Assembly: GCA_965215185.1 (NCBI GenBank)
Contig: OZ244034.1
Location: forward strand, 1,632,001-1,696,000
From: Acidimicrobiia bacterium
GTDB taxonomy: Bacteria > Actinomycetota > Acidimicrobiia > Spongiisociales > ZC4RG35
Direction: 5' to 3'
Length of the DNA stretch: 64,000 nucleotides
In this document: piece by piece, positions 30,338 through 40,426 of the stretch
How the letters are laid out: the number at the start of each line of letters is the position of its first letter
Position numbering within the stretch: position 1 is the first letter of the stretch
Translations under genes and position numbers: made by a program
Notes under the pieces: model-generated
Databases searched by the model: none
Told to the model about the DNA's origin: nothing
Seen by the model: the letters and a program-made list of their open reading frames with translations, nothing else

Positions 30338-31169
30338 CAACCGTGCCCTGTGGCGGTGGACACGAAACCGGAAACTCGACAACGGCGGCGGACAGTACTC
30401 GTGCCCCCAATGCGCCGGGAGGGTCACCACCAACGCCCCAACCCGCAACACCAGCGTCGTGCCAGCTGAAACCGCTCCGTTCCTGCCCATCGAAGACACA
30501 CAATGCTGTCATGGCAAGGTCAGCATCGGAGTAGACAAGCTCGATGCCTACCAAGACATCCCCTACGGCACTCCCGCGCACGACAAAAGCTACGGACGTC
30601 GCAACCCCAGCGAGAAAACCTTTTCGATGATCAAGGACAAAGGCGGCCTGACACCCGGATGGTGCCGCTCCTTCGGTCTCGCCGCACACACCATCGGCGC
30701 CCTAGCCCTAGCCATCGCTCACAACCTCAAAGAAACCATCGGGATCGAAAGAACCCAAACCGAAAAACCCGCCGCTCCGGCCAGGCCCAAAAGTCACCAG
30801 CCGACCCGCAGAAAAATCCTCGCCGACAGCCTCTCCGCACGGGCACCGCCCGACTAGGCATACGGCCGCTCCGCAGCACCGACAGTAACCCTTACTGTCG
30901 GCGTTAGCGCGCCCGGACAACCCAAACCGCCACCCTGCCACCCCGCCACCCCGAAGCCTCCCAGCCCACCCAGAACTCCCCACAGCACCCCGACAGGCAA
31001 CAGAAAACCTCCGAAAACAGGCAAAAACAAAAAAAGGACCTAACTGGCCCACTTATTTGCGATAAATGGACCAGAGGCCTTGGTGGGCTGTGGGCCACCA
31101 CCTCTGACCTGGGACTCCGCAGGGGCTCCACATAGGACTCCACATTTGAACCGGGGAGGCTCCACATTT
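30338..31169 (+). mobile_element. Transposase remnant plus junction module
   Basis: Same left breakpoint as 4823; end at 31169. Confidence 0.9.
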
Positions 31170-31225
31170 GGAATTTGTTCAACCTCCGCGGCCAACCCTG
31201 CGGCCTCGGGTCTGGGTGGCGCCGC

Positions 31226-31816
31226 TCACTCGGTTCCGCCATGTCTGTCTGATTTAGGGGAGTCCACTGCCCGTCCGCTCCCAAACTTCCAGCGGTTGTC
31301 GAACGAGTTACCGCATACGGCCCAGCGGGCGTAACGGTCGAGGTCGCAGGCGGGATCCACGAAACGCCGGTTATCCATCGGGCTGTCCAACGCCACCCGA
31401 ACCGAGAAACCAGTTCCCGTACCCTTGCATCCCGGCCAGAAGCCATCACCCTCGGGCGGACCTAGCCATGTCTCAATGGTCACAGTATCGGCCGTCTCGT
31501 AGACCTCAACGCGGTCGAAAGTTTCCTGCACCTGGCCGAATGGATGCTCTTTGCTGAGGTTGCAGGCGTATGACTGAGCATTCACCATGAGCACTGTCGC
31601 GTCCACTTCCGCTGGCGCTGTGAGTCTCCACGGGACCAGCCGCGGGTAGGTCTCCAATCTCGTTAGCGGAGGGATTCTTCCCATATGGTTATCAGGGTTT
31701 CTAAAGAGAAGAAGCGTGAATCCTGGCGGGGAGTTCACCCACCAGATGGCCAGCCCACCCGCCAACAGCCCAACCCCAATCACCGCCACCGTCACCGCTT
31801 TCTTGATCTTTGCCAT
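31226..31816 (-). CDS. Membrane-anchored/secreted hypothetical protein
   Basis: MAKIKK + hydrophobic helix, paired Cys; ATG at 31816 preferred over track start. Confidence 0.6.
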   Translation of the reverse strand: MAKIKKAVTVAVIGVGLLAGGLAIWWVNSPPGFTLLLFRNPDNHMGRIPPLTRLETYPRLVPWRLTAPAEVDATVLMVNAQSYACNLSKEHPFGQVQETFDRVEVYETADTVTIETWLGPPEGDGFWPGCKGTGTGFSVRVALDSPMDNRRFVDPACDLDRYARWAVCGNSFDNRWKFGSGRAVDSPKSDRHGGTE

Positions 31817-32191
31817 CGCAAACCCGACCTTACTTGGTGCTAGCAGACCGACTCCTCTTTCGCTGAGGTCTTCTAGTCTGTCAAAACCCTTACGGAACAT
31901 CCTCACTTCCAAGGGCATCTTCTGACGCTTGTGGGTGGTCTCCCAAGATTCCTCGGTGGACCCTCCGTCGTCAGTCTCAAAACGCACCCGCAGTTGCCAG
32001 GCGTACACGGCCGGGTGCGGCAGGTAGAAGTCGCAGTCAACCCGCGGGGGTCGCCCGAGGTCATCGGGCAGACTGGGAAGGACGAGTTGGAGTGCCTGTG
32101 CCCGTTGCGGAGGGTGTCTGAGGCATGGCTTCAGGTGCGGGACAGAAGTCCGAGTTGAATAGCAATCCCACAATGAGTATGTGGGATTGCT

Positions 32192-32416
32192 ATGATTGTA
32201 CCCGTGAAAGAGAGGACACAAGTGGCGCTGTCAAAGGGTGGTGCTGTCACCTACACCGAGCGGGGAGCAATCGTCAGGCACCCTAGCGGGGGAATTACCA
32301 TCAGATCCCAAGGGAGAGAATTGACTGAGGATCACCTCCAGCGCCTCCATGAAAGCGCGGAGGCTGCCGAGCGCATTCTCTCGGAGTGTTACGGTGACGG
32401 GGAGTCTCTCGTCTAG
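32192..32416 (+). CDS. Small hypothetical protein
   Basis: 74-aa open frame only. Confidence 0.35.
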   Translation: MIVPVKERTQVALSKGGAVTYTERGAIVRHPSGGITIRSQGRELTEDHLQRLHESAEAAERILSECYGDGESLV

Positions 32417-32458
32417 CGAAGGCGTGGTATCGGTACCCGCCATTGTCACAACCGCATG

Positions 32459-32917
32459 TCAGGGGTTTACCCGAAGGTGCCTTCTGCGCTTTATATCGGA
32501 CCGAGATAAACGCATAGCGTGAAACACGAAGCATTGGTAGGTCAACTCTCGGTCCCGAAGGCACTGTAGTTGATGCTGGTAACTGAGATTTTGTCTCAGC
32601 GCTATCTCAATCCCCGTTCCCTTGTAGGGCTCCAAGGCAGATGCGTAGATGGCTCTGGTGCCCCCAAATTTTCCGTCTGCGTCCAAGTTTTCTTTGTTCG
32701 GCCTGAAGGCAAACAGTTTGTCCGGGTCATGGCTTATTGCCCATAGAATTTCGCTCTCCGTCACACCCCCATCAGCAATACCCCTATCGAATATCCGCTT
32801 GGAGATATTGATATCAACCACTTCGTAGGGAACGGGCCAGTAAAGCCAGTCGGTATCACCAGCAAGCCCCCGCGCCTCATGGTGGGTGGCAGGGGTCGCG
32901 TTGATGTAACAGGGCAC
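32459..32917 (-). CDS. Family-B BrnT/RelE-like putative toxin (partner apparently lost)
   Basis: MPCY...YWP...GVTESEI...IEIALRQ...CFVFHAM. Confidence 0.65.
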   Translation of the reverse strand: MPCYINATPATHHEARGLAGDTDWLYWPVPYEVVDINISKRIFDRGIADGGVTESEILWAISHDPDKLFAFRPNKENLDADGKFGGTRAIYASALEPYKGTGIEIALRQNLSYQHQLQCLRDRELTYQCFVFHAMRLSRSDIKRRRHLRVNP

Positions 32918-33061
32918 GCCTCAAGGATACCTATCAGCGACTCCTTCACCCCTCCCATGTAGGTCACTTGCGGTGGTGTCTGGGGCTTAGCAGGGGGTTC
33001 GGGGAGGACGCCACAGTTTTTGAGAGGGGACACCACCGTTCGGAATTTCGCATTCAGCGTA

Positions 33062-33807
33062 TCATCTGGGAATGATCTTCGTGTAACCGCACGACGGTTC
33101 GGTCCGGTACCTGGAACACGCCCAGAAGCGTCCGTATCTGATCTTCTCTACGAGAATGCCTATCTCGCACTGTGGGCAGGCCTTTGGTCTATATTCGCAG
33201 GAAATGTTGGTGCATTCGGGTTGCCCACGCTCACCAGAGACCAACGAGTAACCGACTCTGCACCTAATGCATCGGGGTGCGAGATAGTCACAGGTCGGAT
33301 AGTTCGAACACCTCAGGTTCTTGCCACTCTGGGACCGGGTCAGACGGCCGCTTCGGCAACGGGCGCACTTCGGAGCGAGGTCGCCAAGTCGCGATATGAC
33401 ATTGGACTCGCCGAGTAGTTCGGTGACGAAGATGGATGGTCGCATGGGATCCGCGACCAGATAGGTTCCGATACGGGCGCGTGTCATCGCCACATAGAAG
33501 AGGCGCCGATCCTCGGCGAATGGGAACGCCTTTCCGCGCAGAGGGGGTAGCACTAGGTCCAGTAACGGGTCGTCGTCTACCCGGCATGGGAATCCCATGC
33601 GGTCATCCTTGAGGTCCACTACTACCACATAGTCGGCCTCTTTCCCTTTGGCACTGTGCGCTGTGCTGAACTGCACCTTCAACTGACCGGGCGGTCGGAG
33701 CGGTCGGAGGGCCTTTCGACTGGAGCGATAACGGCCGAGGACAAGCACTGACCGGCGTTCACCCTTTGCATGGGTTTTGATCTGATCAAGGGCTTGTCGT
33801 ATCCCGT
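33062..33807 (-). pseudogene. UvrD/helicase IV-like gene, 3' part with C-terminal Zn ribbons
   Basis: STAHSAKGKEADYV, EDRRLFYVAMTRAR, CxxC/CSNYPxC repeats. Confidence 0.85.
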
Positions 33808-35206
33808 GATGCTTCTATGTTCTCCAAATCGAAGCTTTTGGCGGGGAATGGGATTTTGAGCTTGTGGGGGTGTTGCGGCGTTTCCGAGTGGAACGGTGGG
33901 GCTGGTTCGGCCGGGGTTGGGGGCGGGTTTTGTAGGAGTCGGTAGAGGTGGCGGGCGATGTACCGTTTGAGGCAGCGGCGGGCTTCTCGGGTGGTTTTTC
34001 CTTGGCTGATGCGTTTGGCGATGTAGGCCCGGGTTTTGGGGCAGTCCCGAGCGCGGGTGATAGCGATGGTGTGGAGGGCGCGGTTGAGTTGGCGGTCGCC
34101 GTAGCGGCTTAGCCGGTGGCGGGTTTGTTGCCCCGAAGAAGCTTGGAGGGGTGCTACGCCGGCCAGGCGAGCGACGCGGCCTCGTTGCGGCATCGGCCTG
34201 GGTGGGACCAGGCGATGAACACCTGCGCGGCGGTGACCGGACCAATCCCGAATTGGTCGAGCAACTGCGGAACTGCGGCTGTGACCATTTCGGCGATGGG
34301 CGTTTTCAGCTCTGCTATTTCATTGTTGAGGTTGCGGATGCGTCTGGCTGTAGAACGTAGGGCTTGTTTGGTGGCGGTCAGTTCGTTGACGGAGGCGGGT
34401 CGGATTCGAAACGCCGCGCACTTGGCCACCAGAGCAGTTGTGCTCAGACCTCGGAGTTGGTCCCGAAGATCGACCGGAGCGGTCACTACCAGGGCTTTTA
34501 GCTGGTTGATGGCCGATACTCTGGCCCCTTGGGCGCCCTGGCGGGTGGTCTCCAACACTCGCAAGGCTTCGCGGTCTCCCCTAGCCCGCGGGACAGATGG
34601 CCAAGGACGGCCCAGCACCTGGCGAGCGGCCCGCCGAGCGTCCAGTGCGTCGGTTTTGGCGCCGTCGCGGGTAGGGGTGGGATCGTTGAACTCCACCACT
34701 AGTTCACCTCGGGCGGCGAGATAGGTGGTCACGCCTGCTCCGTAACTGCCCGAGCCTTCCACCGACCACACCCGCTCAGCCGTCTGAGTGTGCTGGTCTG
34801 CCCATTTCAACAACCGGTCATATCCCAGCCGGGTGGTTCCGAACACCGCAGTCGCTTGTTCTCCGGTGGTGGAAGTGTCTACTACCGCGGCGGTGACCCG
34901 GTCACGATCAGGATCGATCCCGATCACATGCTCTACCATTGTGGCCAACATAAGAAACCTTCTCTTTCTTGTGCGAACTGGGCTAGTGCCTCACAAGGCG
35001 CAAACCGTGACGGCAGGACTGTGATGAGTCACACCCCATGGGTGGACAAGCTTCTGATCAGGCCAGCAACGGAACGCCCAGGGGCGTCAGCGGCGGTGTC
35101 GGACATATCACGGCAAAGACACAAAGGTCAGAGTGGTCTCGGGTCACGACACCACCGCTGACGCCAATCCTGGCAGCCTCTACAAGGCCCCCCCAATACT
35201 CACAGA
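33808..35206 (-). mobile_element. IS110-family element inserted in the UvrD gene; transposase 34951-33786 has a 1-bp deletion near 34175
   Basis: IGIDP, VEGSGSYG, KTDALDA, APLQASSG; GA dinucleotide at both ends, removal restores the UvrD frame. Confidence 0.85.
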
Positions 35207-35550
35207 GTGGTATCTGACTCGAATATGACGCTGATCCCGGTATCGTCTCCGCTGCTGCTCGAACGTAGTGGCCTTCGTGTCTGCTCTGGGTTGCGCCGCA
35301 CGAACGCGGTCGACGGGTCAAGGATGCCGCGACCAAAGCGGAAAGTCTGACTGAGGGTTCGCTCCGTGGTATAACCGAGATAGGCCTGACAGGTGCGCAC
35401 GAGACCCACATCACTACCGGCGAAGCGGTAGATGGACTGCCAGTCATCACCAACCAGGAACCAAGCAACATCGAACCGCGCGAGCGCCTGCAGCAACGCC
35501 ATCCGACCCCTGGAGATGTCCTGAAACTCGTCTACCAAGACATAGGCGCG
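35207..35550 (-). pseudogene. UvrD/helicase IV-like gene, middle fragment
   Basis: YVLVDEFQDIS, VGDDWQSIYRFAGSD, LSQTFRF; Walker A region missing. Confidence 0.85.
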
Positions 35551-35845
35551 ACAGCACGGCCTGTTGGCCACCACTTTTGACCTGGAACTCAATAGAGGTT
35601 CCAGCGAGGGCACCGCGATTAAATCGGGGGGTCGCCACGGTTGAAATACCATAAGTGGGCACCCACTTGAGGCCGTGTGTCTGGTTGTGTTGCTAGGGCA
35701 GCCTCCTTGCATAAGGCCCGGGCGAGCCTGAGGGATTTCCCCCCGACAAGGTTGCCCTATCCCCATGCATCCACGACCAGCGCCATCCGCCCATGTTTTG
35801 CGATATCGAGACCCGCCCACTTGGGCATCCGTTATGCTGTGATGT

Positions 35846-36190
35846 ATGGGCGAAGAGATTCTGAGGGAAATGGCTGGCGAAATGCTGGCAAGCATGACAG
35901 ATGCTGAGATCGCTGCCCTCCGCGAGGACGCTGAGATCATTGCTCGCTGCGAAGATCCGAGCGAGGATTTTGAGAACATAGACAGCCGCCCACTCACTCC
36001 CGAGGAGATCGCATGGGTGACCTCTCTGGCGGATGGCATGTTCTTCAATCTTTCTCCAGAAGGCCAGATTGACGACATCCTTCATCTGCCCGCACATGTT
36101 TCAGCGAGGCTCTTGGCCCAGATGAGCGCTTCAGAAAGAGAGAACATCCTTTCCCGCCTACCCGAAGAACTAGCGCAAAGCATCATATAG
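35846..36190 (+). CDS. Acidic hypothetical protein, copy 2 of 2
   Basis: Duplicate of 12522-12890. Confidence 0.65.
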   Translation: MGEEILREMAGEMLASMTDAEIAALREDAEIIARCEDPSEDFENIDSRPLTPEEIAWVTSLADGMFFNLSPEGQIDDILHLPAHVSARLLAQMSASERENILSRLPEELAQSII

Positions 36191-36529
36191 GCCGCCTCCG
36201 TGAGAGTGGCCTGATCCTATTTTCTGGCGAAGAACGGGTACTCCCGTCCGCCACCAAGCGATTCTCCGAATACGACATTCGCTATGTTCTACTCAACCCA
36301 ACGGGGTGGCAGGCCGATTTTCCCCGCAAGGGCAGACTCGCTGTTGGCGGGTGGACGAAAAGCAATAACGTTCCAATGGTCGTGCTGATCAACATGAGGA
36401 TGGGTTGGGTGTACCACTCTCAGAGATACGAACAGAAATACCAAAGGCTTTTCCCCTAGTGGCGGGTCTGCGAGTCAGCGAACAGGTAAGGGCGGAGGGA
36501 AGTGGCCTCTCCCTAAGTTAGAAGAAGTC

Positions 36530-36798
36530 ATAGCCCAAGCGGTGGCTCACAACCTGTGAGAAGCCAAAGGCTACGCCTACGGCACGCAGCCACTGGAAGA
36601 GGACGACAAGCAGCCGCCCGAAACCGAACCGCTCAGCACCCCCGAAACAGGCAAAAACGGAGAAACGGCAACTAGATGGCCCACACAAACAGCCACAAAT
36701 GGCCCAGGGGTGGTGGCCTGAGGGCCACCAAACCTGACCTGGGGCTCCGCAGGCGTTCCCGGGAGGGTTCCACATTCGAAAGGCCGAGGCTCCACATT
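36530..36798 (+). mobile_element. Diverged transposase tail plus junction module
   Basis: AVAHNL remnant, TGGTGGCCTGAGGGCCACCA hairpin, two CCACATT repeats. Confidence 0.75.
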
Positions 36799-36931
36799 TG
36801 GACAGATCCCAGTGGGCCATCCATGCCCCTCACATGGGGGCTGTATCGTCGGGGGCTTCCCTCGTGCTCAACCAGGGATTATGGATCAGATGCCATCCGA
36901 GAGGCACATCTTTGTGGTGTTGCTTAGCGTT

Positions 36932-37200
36932 CTACTCGGAACCTGCACTACGCACAGGAGGAGAGTCGTGTCGAAAACCAACTTGACTCCCCTCGATTTC
37001 GTAGAGAGTGCCTCGCGCTGCTTGATATGCCGCTTTCATTTCATGTGGGGCATCGGCTACCGAACGCAACTCGCCATTCTCGAACGCTTCGAGAATATTT
37101 AGCTCTTCTTCGCTTAGTTCGTAGTCCACGATGACTACCTCCTCTGGTAGCGTTTCATCGCCTTTCGGCTAGGAATGATAATTTTGAGGAATATGCCCCA
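36932..37200 (-). pseudogene. BrnT-like toxin C-terminus and CopG/BrnA-like antitoxin fragment
   Basis: IFLKxIIPSRKAxKRY followed by LSEEExxILEAFENGE. Confidence 0.65.
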
Positions 37201-37224
37201 ATCGGTTCTCGGGCCGCTCTTGCC

Positions 37225-37284
37225 GGTGGTGGTTCAGTTTGGCTCTCTGACCTGCGGTCCACCACTCAAAGTGAACCACTACCC
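37225..37284 (-). repeat. 60-bp palindromic MITE-like element, copy 5
   Basis: GGTGGTGGTTCAGTTTG...TGACCTGCGG...CAAAGTGAACCACTACCC. Confidence 0.8.
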
Positions 37285-37329
37285 TAAAAAGGAACCGGTT
37301 GAACTGTGAGGAGTTCTCCCGGGCGTTGT

Positions 37330-38403
37330 TTACCAGGGAGGTTTCCACCCGTGCGGCGGTGTCCCGTCGGGATATAGCCAGTAGCGGGAGGACATCTGAT
37401 CGTAAATGGACGCAACCGTTCGGCGGACTCTGTTGATGCCTGTTCTGAGGTCTTCAGTGTTGGGTATCTCGCTCTTGGAAACCCGTCCTTCGACTATAGC
37501 CACGGCCGCTTCTGATATTGTGACCACAGCCTCTGTATATGCGACCGTGTTCTCCACCAGCAAAGATGCCAGGTTTGCTGTTTGATCGGCCACGGTGGCG
37601 GAGGCTCTGCTCAACTCCCAAGTGGTGTCCTCGCTTCGTTCCAAGTCTGCTCGGTGCGATCCCCCTGCTCTCCACGCTTCCACCCACTCCAGGTCAATGC
37701 CCTCGAGCCAGGAATCCAGATCGTCGAGTCCGTAGCGTTTCAGGTTGTGATAGAGCGGCAACAGGTCATGGGAGGTGACGCTGTACGGAGCCCCGATCAG
37801 GTGGCACAGCACAACGAAAGACTGTTCCACCGCCATGTGCAGGTGAGAGTTAATTCCTCCCAGCCTGACCCAGACCGCACTCCAGTATTCCTCTTGCTCC
37901 TGGTCGCGGGCAATTCCGATCTCCTCGCTACTGGGAGTCATGGCGTAAAGAGCCTGAGACAAGTCGGTGTATGTGTTGTTGAGAGAAGCCGCTACAGCGG
38001 CGGATCTTATCCGTTGCGGGACCATTTTCTTATTCCAGTTGACGCCGGGTCCGGGTGGTTGATGCTTCAGCCATATACCATCTCGGGAGGCGCTACTCTC
38101 CAATGTGGAGGGCCACTTTTTCCATGATAGCCATCCGGGCCAGTCCGTAAGGACCACTTCTACTTGCCGCCCGCACGCTCGTCTGGCCCGTTTCAACAAC
38201 GCCAATTCCATGCCTGCTCTTTCGGATGTTTCCACGTCGTCTACTACGCACATCAGGTCGATATCCGACCAAGGCCCAGCTTCGCCGCGTGCCACGGAAC
38301 CGAACAACATTACGCTCCCCGGGAGCACCTCGGCCGCCCGACGGGCATCGTGGACCGTCGGGGCGGGTCCGTCGCGGGCAGGGGCCTCGGTCATGATCTC
38401 CAT
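37330..38403 (-). CDS. Fused MNT-HEPN protein, copy 2 of 2
   Basis: Same length and close paralog of 8021-9094; RAGGSH motif. Confidence 0.75.
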   Translation of the reverse strand: MEIMTEAPARDGPAPTVHDARRAAEVLPGSVMLFGSVARGEAGPWSDIDLMCVVDDVETSERAGMELALLKRARRACGRQVEVVLTDWPGWLSWKKWPSTLESSASRDGIWLKHQPPGPGVNWNKKMVPQRIRSAAVAASLNNTYTDLSQALYAMTPSSEEIGIARDQEQEEYWSAVWVRLGGINSHLHMAVEQSFVVLCHLIGAPYSVTSHDLLPLYHNLKRYGLDDLDSWLEGIDLEWVEAWRAGGSHRADLERSEDTTWELSRASATVADQTANLASLLVENTVAYTEAVVTISEAAVAIVEGRVSKSEIPNTEDLRTGINRVRRTVASIYDQMSSRYWLYPDGTPPHGWKPPW

Positions 38404-38559
38404 AGCCTAGATGTGCTTCCCCAGGGATGCGGTTGACAGTCTGGGGTGTCTGGTTGTCGAGTGCCAACTACGGGAATACGACACAGCTCGGAAGGTGGTT
38501 GTCGGTGGATCGGAAAGGACTCGGCTTGGCTCTCCGGTGGTGTTTCACTTTCGGGGTTA

Positions 38560-38810
38560 CTCACCCCCAGGGCACCGCCCGACTAGACCACAACGCCGCA
38601 CCCGCAGCGCCGACAGTAAACCCTTACTGTCGGCTTTAGCGGCGCCCGAAAAGACCCAAACCAGCCGTCAAAGCCTCCCAACACACCCAGAAGTTCTCAC
38701 GGCAGGCCAACAGGCACTAGAAATGCCCGAAAACAGGCAAAAAGACAACAAAAATGGCCTAACTGGCCCACTTATTTTTGATAAATGGACCAGAGGCCGT
38801 CGGGTGGCCG
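38560..38810 (+). mobile_element. Transposase tail and right-end palindrome, CTCCACAT module missing
   Basis: TPRAPPD stop, hairpin, ATAAATGGACCAGAGG. Confidence 0.8.
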
Positions 38811-38899
38811 GTGGTGACATTCTGACCGACGGGGAGCCACTGAGATGTGTATACTCCGGCCTATGTCAATCCTGTGGATGGATGAGAGGCACAAACAAG

Positions 38900-39226
38900 A
38901 TGACTGAGAGCCAATCCTTAAGTGACGAGGCTCTACATAGCTTGGATGACGAGGCCGCCCTGATAGATGCGGAAGGACCCTGGGATCCTTACGACACCAC
39001 CTACACAGTCCCGCATCAGCGCGACATTGGCCGGGTGGTTGAGTTCGACCTGCGCACAGTCACGATCGACGACATAATCGTTCAGTGTGGATATCCCGAG
39101 AGCGCCAGGCGCGAACTCGTCGAAATCCATCGGCGCATTGCCTCCAACATGCTCCATTACCACAAGGGTTCTATCAAAAGAACCATTCCCCTATTGGAGG
39201 CAACCCTGCAGACCGGCGTTGCCTGA
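38900..39226 (+). CDS. Family-A antitoxin-like protein
   Basis: FDLRTVTIDDIIVQCGYP...RTIPLL. Confidence 0.65.
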   Translation: MTESQSLSDEALHSLDDEAALIDAEGPWDPYDTTYTVPHQRDIGRVVEFDLRTVTIDDIIVQCGYPESARRELVEIHRRIASNMLHYHKGSIKRTIPLLEATLQTGVA

Positions 39227-39523
39227 ATGCCGCTCGACTGGCCCAACCACCTACCCGAGCAGGAGATCGAGATCAGACCCTCGGCACTGGACTGGAATGT
39301 GATCGAGGAATACATATGGGAGGTTCTCCAGATTCCCCCGCACAGACTGGCGCGCATTACCCACGGGAAGACCCATGAGAGGAACGACCGTATTTACGGG
39401 AGTCGGAGCATCGTGGGTGTTGGTACAACCCGTAGGGGAGACCTATTACGCGTTGTCTTGCGTTTCGACAACAGGACAGGTTCCGACTACAACTGCCTGG
39501 TGTTTCACGCCGAATACCTCTAG
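39227..39523 (+). CDS. Family-B BrnT/RelE-like putative toxin
   Basis: MP..WP...VGxTRxGxLLRVVLR...CLVFHA. Confidence 0.65.
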   Translation: MPLDWPNHLPEQEIEIRPSALDWNVIEEYIWEVLQIPPHRLARITHGKTHERNDRIYGSRSIVGVGTTRRGDLLRVVLRFDNRTGSDYNCLVFHAEYL

Positions 39524-39529
39524 AGCGCC

Positions 39530-39755
39530 GTATGCCTGGGGTGATAGGAACCCAAGTGACGGTGCGTTGGCGGCTTGGAGACCCCACCATCGATATGGTG
39601 TCCGAGTCGGGGAGGCTGGTAGCCACGCATCGGAAGGCACCCAGGGGTCTGGGACGGGTGGTGCGTTTGCCCGAGCACACCTCGGCTTTGGTGAACGCCG
39701 TGTTGGCGGCGTTCACCACCAAACGGCCGTGCAAACCGAAACCGAACCGGCCGCC
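39530..39755 (+). pseudogene. IS21 IstA-like C-terminal fragment
   Basis: V.VRxRLG...VAxHRxAPxG.GxxVRLPEH..AL..xVLxxF...PC..K.NRPP as in actinobacterial IS21 transposases. Confidence 0.6.
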
Positions 39756-40426
39756 CACCACCGCCAAGACCCGCAAGCCCCGGACCGCGAACAGAAACGG
39801 ACCGCATCTGCCTATCGAAGACGAGGTCTGCTGTTTGGCTTTCGCCAGCGTCACCGTGGACCTGCTCGACTCCTTTCAACGCATCCCCTACGGCACGCTC
39901 GCTTGGAAACAGTCCTACGGCCGGCGCAACATCATCGAAAAAGCCAACTCAATGCTCAAAGACAAAGGCGGACTTAACGCCGGATGGTGCCGGGCTTTCG
40001 GCCTCGCCGCTCAAACCATCGGAGCCCTAGCCCTGACCGTAGTCCACAACCTAAAGGAACTGAAGCGCTTCCTCGGGCGCCAAAAACGCAACGGCACCGT
40101 CCCCAAGCCCGCTTTGAACGGAACAGGCCCTGCCAATCCTGCTGAGGAAGAACCCTCCGGCACCCTGTCAACCCGGGGCCCGCCCTAACCACCCTCAAGG
40201 GCCACCCGGCAGCACCGACAGTAACCCCCCTTACTGTCGGCTTTAGCGCGCCCGGAAAGACCAAAACAGGCACCCCAACACCCCAACAGGCCTCCCGGAA
40301 CGCCTACGCGCCGTCCGAAACAGCCTGACACACCCCAGCAACGGCTGAAAACCCCCCAAACCCTCCGAAAACACCAATTTTGCTGCTAAATGGCCAACAA
40401 AAACGAAATAAATCGCCCATTGGCCG
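39755..40426 (+). mobile_element. tmRNA-proximal, most diverged transposase remnant and right end
   Basis: YGRRNIIEKANSMLKDKGG...TRGPP, hairpin at ~40214, end colinear with other copies up to tmRNA CCA. Confidence 0.85.

Noticed and set aside
1080-31169. Retroelement-type 5' truncation or IS91/Helitron rolling-circle origin
   Set aside because: The remnant has DDE/YREK motifs; no reverse transcriptase or HUH motifs and no poly(A) tails.
3978-38475. Assembly artefact causing repeated cassettes
   Set aside because: Most copies differ by many substitutions and have distinct breakpoints; only 1746-2078 versus 5381-5715 is near-identical. Read-level confirmation is still advisable.
38411-38899. 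271-aa ORF as a single protein
   Set aside because: The N-terminal part is read-through of the repeat; the family-A gene starts at 38900.
1-40426. CRISPR array
   Set aside because: Repeats are 90-1250 bp and separated by gene-sized cargo; no cas genes.
1-40426. Classical integron with attC sites
   Set aside because: No IntI in the window, no RYYYAAC/GTTRRRY-bounded sites recognised, and cargo genes lie on both strands.
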